Positions 58,950 through 64,000 of a stretch of 64,000 nt of DNA are shown here, in pieces. The translations under genes and the position numbers were made by a program. How positions within the stretch are numbered: position 1 is the first letter of the stretch; every line of letters starts with the position of its first letter. Source of the stretch: Candidatus Latescibacterota bacterium (GTDB lineage Bacteria; Latescibacterota; UBA2968; GCA-2709665); contig CBDCOX010000002.1 of NCBI GenBank assembly GCA_965219995.1, forward strand, positions 2,688,001 to 2,752,000, given 5' to 3'. The notes below the pieces were generated by a model. The model searched no databases. It was given only the letters and a program-made list of their open reading frames with translations, and was not told where the DNA came from.

Positions 58950-59666
58950 ATGCGTAACGGCATATTGGTATGTACGGCAGCGGCGTTGCTGCTGCTTTCG
59001 GCGGGAACGGTCTACGGGGGCGGTGTAGCCGGCAGTTGGGGGCTCGGCACGTTCCTGGACTACAACCGGTCGATCTTCAAGCTGAAGGACTGGTACGAAA
59101 CCGGCCGGGGCCAGGCCGGCGTGGTATTCACCTACGTGATGAGTCCGCGCACGAGCGTGGAGATGGAATTTCACCGGTCGATATTCGAGAACGGAGCACT
59201 GGAAGACCAGGCGTTTACCTGGCCCATAGACGGCAGGGACTATAAGTCGCCGGACGCGGTGAGCGAGATGCGCATCAGCAGCTTTCTGGTGAACGCGGTG
59301 GTCAGACAGGGAGGCGGAGGCATCCTGGCCAAGGAGAAGTATTCCACCTACGTGACCGTCGGCGCGGGCTTCTACGACTACACGACCGACGTAAGCGGCC
59401 TGATCTTTCCGGGTCAGCGAGAGGCCCCTCTTGACAAGGAGCTTGTCATAGAGCCGTTCAGCGATACGCGCACGGCGCTGGGCGCCAACGTGGGCGTTGG
59501 CGTGGAAGCGTTCGTTTTCGACAACATTTCGCTGGATGTGCGGGCGCGGTACAATCTTCTGCTCGGCGAGCTGAGGCCGATGGAGGCATGGGGCCTCGAA
59601 GGCCAGACCTTTCCGATGCAGTTCCTGAACGCGCGCGGCGGCATCCGCTTCTACTTCAAGAAATAG
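58950..59666 (+). CDS. Outer-membrane beta-barrel protein
   Basis: AAGGAGG RBS, signal peptide, YVTVGAGFY, G.NVG.GVE.F, terminal GIRFYF. Confidence 0.8.
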   Translation: MRNGILVCTAAALLLLSAGTVYGGGVAGSWGLGTFLDYNRSIFKLKDWYETGRGQAGVVFTYVMSPRTSVEMEFHRSIFENGALEDQAFTWPIDGRDYKSPDAVSEMRISSFLVNAVVRQGGGGILAKEKYSTYVTVGAGFYDYTTDVSGLIFPGQREAPLDKELVIEPFSDTRTALGANVGVGVEAFVFDNISLDVRARYNLLLGELRPMEAWGLEGQTFPMQFLNARGGIRFYFKK

Positions 59667-59744
59667 CCATACAGGCGTTTAGCCCGTTGGATCTCAGTTG
59701 GAGTATCGCGCAAGAGATTAGAAATGCTGGGTAAAGGAGGAACC

Positions 59745-62700
59745 ATGAGCAGGTTCAGGTTATTGACGGGCGCTGTGGTCGTGCTGTGTTCCGTATTCTT
59801 TGCCGCGGACACGATTATGGCCGCGACAACCGGCAAAATCGTCGGTCGCGTAACCGACGAGAAGGGTGATCCCCTGCCAGGCGCCAGTGTTGCAATCGAG
59901 GAAGCCCGGCTGGGCGGAACCACCGATGCGGACGGATTCTACGTGATTGTCTCCGTGACGCCCGGCCAGTACAAGCTGACAGCATCCATGGTGGGGTATC
60001 ACTCGGTGGTCAAAGAGCAGGTTGGCATTCGGGTGGACTTCACGACAACGGTAGACTTTCAGCTTCGGGAAACCGAATTGGAACTGGAAGAGATGGTGGT
60101 GGTCGCCGAAAGGCCTCCGGTCGATCCCGACAAGACGGACAGTCGATACGTCGTGACCGCCGAGGAGATCGAGCGAACGCCCATTCTGAGGAATGTCACC
60201 GAGGTCCTTGAGCTCGAGCCGGGCTATGCCGTTGACGGCAGCGGCGCGATCCGGGGCTGGGTGGCCAGCCACAACGTCGTCTACGTCGACGGCGTTCCCG
60301 TTTCCGGCAGAGACGGTCGCGGTATCGGCGGCGGATGGGGCGATGGCGGCGAGAGACAGTGGTACGGCGTCAATCTCAAGGCGGTACAGGAAGTCTCCGT
60401 CATCACGGGCGGAATGAACGCCGAGTACGGAAACGCGCAGGCCGGCGTCATCCAGATCGTAACGCGCGACGGCGGCGCACAATACCACGGCGAGGCGGAG
60501 TATCGTCTCACCCCTGCCGGCAAGAAACACTGGGGCGAGAACGTCTACGATGCGCCGGAGTTGCGCGGCAACGCGAAGTGGAACGATCCGGGGTGGACGA
60601 ACGAGGTGGACCCGGAGACGGGAAACCTGGTCCACTCGCGAACCAACTATACAGACTGGCGGGGCCACTACCTGGATGGGTTTCTGAGCGGCCCCCTGTT
60701 CGGAAACTCGTCATTCTTCGCCAGCGCGCGGCACCTGCGTGACGCCGCCGTGCTTCCCGGCCCGTGGCGCACCCGGCCGGCAAACCTGAGGACCACGGCA
60801 AAGCTGACGGTTCCGGCCGGGTCGAACATGAAGCTGCGGATCGGATGGATGTACGACTTCGCGGAGAATTTCAACAATGGACGGCTGTCCAGATACAGCT
60901 TCCCGAACGTCATCCGGGGAACGGGACGCGACCTCTTCATTCCCGATGGATCGATCGCGGGTGAGGAAAAACAGACGGATAACATGATCTACGGTGTGAT
61001 CACCCATACCATCAGTCCCAGGACGTTCTACGAAGTGAGCGTATCGCGCTATGGAAGCCGGACCGACACCAGCGGCGTGGGGAACAAAACCACGGCCGTC
61101 AGGACCGACAGCGAAGGGTACTTCTACATCGGCCGGGAAGACGTCTGGGCATTCAAGGTGGGCGAGCAGAACCGTTTCGGCATGAAGGCCGACCTGTCCA
61201 GCCAGATGACGCGGGGCCACTTCGCCAAGACCGGCTTCGAGTTCATGACGTTCGAGAACTGGTGGACGTGGACCGGCATGACGCCCGGCGACGCGAAACG
61301 GGACATCCGTTACATCGGGCAGCCCGAACCCGGCGAGGCCGTGACGCCGAAACAGTTCGGCGCCTACGTCCAGGACAAAATGGAGTTCGAGGGGTTGATC
61401 GTCAACGTCGGCCTGCGCTACGACCGCCTGTGGGGTCAGGACGTTCAGTTGCTGCCGTCGTTCACGTCGGGGTGGTACAACGCGATGGATACGTTCATCC
61501 AGGCGCCCACCGGGCCCATGCGGACCATACAGGGCTGGAGCCCCAGGCTGGGTATCTCACACCCCATCACGGCCAGGTCAAGCATGCATTTCTACTACGG
61601 CCGATACATGATGATCCCCTCCTTCCGACAGCAGTTCGGGAGCCATTGGGAGACGGCCTCCGGGCCGGTGGGGATTCCCGGCGTTCCGTGGAGTCATTTC
61701 AACGCGAAAGACGAAAGCTACGGCGCCAACGTCATCAGCCCGGTCTGGGACCACGGTCACCCCACGAACAGTTTCGAAGTGGGTACGGACTGGAACTTCG
61801 TAAGCGACTATGTCTTCTCTCTGGCGGCTTTCTACAAGAGCAGCCACCTGCAGAGTACCGGCATCTGGCACGACGCCGTCGATCCTGTCACGGGCAGGAC
61901 GGGCGCCATCGGGGGCACGTACGGCTCCGAACGCACCGAAGACGTCAAGGGGTTCGAGTTCAGCATGAGGAAGGGCTTCAGCAACTTTTTCGCGTTCCGC
62001 GCGGCATTGAACCTGGAGTGGCTGGAAGCCATCCACTGGCTGGGCGATCTCGAGTCGGTTGCCAGCGTTCTGGTCTATCCCGACCGGAGTTTCATCGCCA
62101 GCGGAAAGTATCACAAGGAATGGCGGGCCGCGGGCGGCCGAAGGGAACCCGTTCCGCTTACTGCCGAAGAAATCAAGACGCTCGGCGACAAGGCGGAAGA
62201 GAACCTGCAAAAGGTCCGGGAGAATGTTGATGCCTTTCTCACCAGCGGCGGCGCAGGTCCGGTCCAGCCGGCGTGGGAAGTCGAGGGTCTTACGGACGAA
62301 GCGAGGGAATACCTTCAGGGCATCTGGTTTCAGAAGCTCTGGTTCAGTACCGGCAATATCTTCACGCGCGGACGCCGCAGCCAGGGCAGCCTTCAGATGT
62401 TCTTCTCCTCCCCGCTCGACTACGGTCCGGGCGCGCAGTACGCGGGCGCCACGCTATTCGGCGGCATCAACGCCAACCTGATCTACCGGATCTACACGGG
62501 CAGCAAGTTCAATTACATCAAGCTGACCGGTGCCAACACGCCGGCGAGACGGCCTTTGCACACGGAGGCCGACCTGAACCTGCAGAAGCACTTCCGCTTC
62601 GGGGACGTAAACGCCGATGTGTTCGTGGAGGTGTTCAACGTGTTCAACCAGCAAGACGCCAGCGGCATTACCGGAACGGACTACATGTGGTGGGGGCTCC

Positions 62701-62813
62701 AGCAGCCAAGGCCCGACGACGCGACGTACCTGAATTACGGGGACGTCTCAGACCGTTCGCGCTACATAGGCAATCCCCGGATTACGCACGTGGGAATCAG
62801 GTTGAGCTTCTGA
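59745..62813 (+). CDS. TonB-dependent receptor with N-terminal carboxypeptidase-regulatory-like domain
   Basis: TTGKI.G.V.D..G.PLPGA, YVDGV, TGG.NAEYGNAQ.GVI, YVQDKMEFEGLIVN.GLRYD, SPRLGISHPIT, EVFNVFN, terminal F. Confidence 0.93.
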   Translation: MSRFRLLTGAVVVLCSVFFAADTIMAATTGKIVGRVTDEKGDPLPGASVAIEEARLGGTTDADGFYVIVSVTPGQYKLTASMVGYHSVVKEQVGIRVDFTTTVDFQLRETELELEEMVVVAERPPVDPDKTDSRYVVTAEEIERTPILRNVTEVLELEPGYAVDGSGAIRGWVASHNVVYVDGVPVSGRDGRGIGGGWGDGGERQWYGVNLKAVQEVSVITGGMNAEYGNAQAGVIQIVTRDGGAQYHGEAEYRLTPAGKKHWGENVYDAPELRGNAKWNDPGWTNEVDPETGNLVHSRTNYTDWRGHYLDGFLSGPLFGNSSFFASARHLRDAAVLPGPWRTRPANLRTTAKLTVPAGSNMKLRIGWMYDFAENFNNGRLSRYSFPNVIRGTGRDLFIPDGSIAGEEKQTDNMIYGVITHTISPRTFYEVSVSRYGSRTDTSGVGNKTTAVRTDSEGYFYIGREDVWAFKVGEQNRFGMKADLSSQMTRGHFAKTGFEFMTFENWWTWTGMTPGDAKRDIRYIGQPEPGEAVTPKQFGAYVQDKMEFEGLIVNVGLRYDRLWGQDVQLLPSFTSGWYNAMDTFIQAPTGPMRTIQGWSPRLGISHPITARSSMHFYYGRYMMIPSFRQQFGSHWETASGPVGIPGVPWSHFNAKDESYGANVISPVWDHGHPTNSFEVGTDWNFVSDYVFSLAAFYKSSHLQSTGIWHDAVDPVTGRTGAIGGTYGSERTEDVKGFEFSMRKGFSNFFAFRAALNLEWLEAIHWLGDLESVASVLVYPDRSFIASGKYHKEWRAAGGRREPVPLTAEEIKTLGDKAEENLQKVRENVDAFLTSGGAGPVQPAWEVEGLTDEAREYLQGIWFQKLWFSTGNIFTRGRRSQGSLQMFFSSPLDYGPGAQYAGATLFGGINANLIYRIYTGSKFNYIKLTGANTPARRPLHTEADLNLQKHFRFGDVNADVFVEVFNVFNQQDASGITGTDYMWWGLQQPRPDDATYLNYGDVSDRSRYIGNPRITHVGIRLSF

Positions 62814-62878
62814 CGTGAGCGAGCCCTCCCGAATCGGAGGACCTGCACCGGGTTGGTATTTTTGAGGAGGTTAAGGTG

Positions 62879-64000
62879 ATGAAAAAGAAAATGTTACGGG
62901 CGATCGCACTCCTGGTCATGACCCAGGTGTTCGCGAGCGCCGGAGATGCGGAACTCCGGGTCCAGTCCCGCGCGAAGGTGTGGGATATCTACTGGAACTC
63001 GGGCACCCAGGGGGTGCGCGCCGCCACGCCGATGAGCTGGTACCGGCCCGTCGGTATGTCGTATCCGGGAAGGTTCTGGGTACAGTTCCCGCAGGAATTC
63101 GTGGACTACTGGGGCACCCGACGCTGGGGCGTCCGGTCCGAATGGGTGGTCTACTACAACGAATTGTGCGGCACCATGCCGGGCTGGAACCAGTTCATCG
63201 CGACTCGGGTCGGAGGCAATTTCCACGTTTCCGAATCCAAGGCCACGCTTGAATCGGAGGACGTGGTCCCAATGGCCTACGATCCTTCGCAAGGGCCGGA
63301 GAGCAATATCGGCTACCGGAAGGTGTCGCCCCTCGGTCCCGTGATGGCCAACTGGTGGGCGGGGCAGCCCGCGCCGGGACCCGGTTCGCCGGTAGAGATC
63401 CACAACTACCGGTACAGCGAATACATGGAGGCCGACAAGGACCATTTTCCGGAGAGCATTATCGTCAGCAAATGGACCACGAAGAACGGCATCACGGTAA
63501 CGAAAAAGTCCTACGCATGGAGCTATCCGGACTTCGACGACTTCCAGATAATGGAATATACGTTCGAAAATACCGGAGATTCCGACGGTGACGGCGTGGC
63601 GGACCTCGGTGGCGGCGGGCTGCAGTTGAACGATACGTTCCTGATCTTCTCCACCCGCTTTTACGCCTCCCAGTGCGGCCAGGCCCACTATGCCGGGGAT
63701 TCGTTCTTCAGGCGCACCATTCCGATCTCTCTGGACGATTGGTACAAATACACGGAAGCGGCCAATTTCGACGGGCCGGGCGATGCGTTGGGACTCAAGA
63801 TGTGGTACGCCTTTGACGGGGAGAATCCCGACCTGCCCGGAAACGACATCGGCAAACCATATAGCGAGGAACGCGCAAACTCGAGCTGGCATCAGTGCTG
63901 TCTCAAGCAGACGAAAATCGAGGGGGAGATGGGGGCCTTCCAGTACATCGGCGCCGCCCCGCTGGCCTATACGCCCGGGTCGGTGAACGATGCCTCGACC
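62879..64000 (+). CDS. Large secreted hypothetical protein, runs off the window edge
   Basis: GAGGAGG RBS; MKKKMLRAIALLVMTQVFASAGDA signal peptide; frame stays open to the end; AWSYPDFDDF.I.EY.F.NTGD motif. Confidence 0.8.
   Translation, partial: MKKKMLRAIALLVMTQVFASAGDAELRVQSRAKVWDIYWNSGTQGVRAATPMSWYRPVGMSYPGRFWVQFPQEFVDYWGTRRWGVRSEWVVYYNELCGTMPGWNQFIATRVGGNFHVSESKATLESEDVVPMAYDPSQGPESNIGYRKVSPLGPVMANWWAGQPAPGPGSPVEIHNYRYSEYMEADKDHFPESIIVSKWTTKNGITVTKKSYAWSYPDFDDFQIMEYTFENTGDSDGDGVADLGGGGLQLNDTFLIFSTRFYASQCGQAHYAGDSFFRRTIPISLDDWYKYTEAANFDGPGDALGLKMWYAFDGENPDLPGNDIGKPYSEERANSSWHQCCLKQTKIEGEMGAFQYIGAAPLAYTPGSVNDAST

Overview
This is a GC-rich bacterial chromosome segment with about 52 protein-coding genes. 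I saw no rRNA, tRNA or CRISPR array. The gene style (GWxTD+TPR protein, dockerin-like EF-hand tags, a SusD-less TonB-receptor locus, many Gfo/Idh/MocA oxidoreductases and amidohydrolases) suggests a Latescibacterota/Gemmatimonadota-like FCB-group organism; this is an inference. Most of the window is catabolic. It holds an amine/amide cluster (DapA-like, creatininase-like, two class-III aminotransferases, amidohydrolase) and a sugar-acid cluster (dlgD, SDR, RidA, D-2-hydroxyacid dehydrogenase, E1a/E1b/E2 with no E3). From 40 to 64 kb is a co-directional run of lyase-like, phosphoesterase, GH42-like and oxidoreductase genes ending in GntR, a beta-barrel, a TonB receptor and a secreted protein. 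Accessory elements are a complete IS1380-family element (TTAA duplication), vapBC with a consensus promoter and four operator boxes, a TA islet (orphan MNT, truncated HEPN, DUF4258/YgiT), an internally deleted alcohol dehydrogenase pseudogene and several dispersed intergenic repeat families. The most unusual items are: (1) a secreted dockerin-like/5x Ig-stalk/DM13 protein paired with a beta-barrel; (2) a seven-repeat FDGRY propeller inserted inside a LamG domain; (3) a channel-like protein with a non-canonical pore; (4) a ~100-bp non-coding element shared by two loci 47 kb apart. All family calls come from motif recognition by eye, with no database searches.
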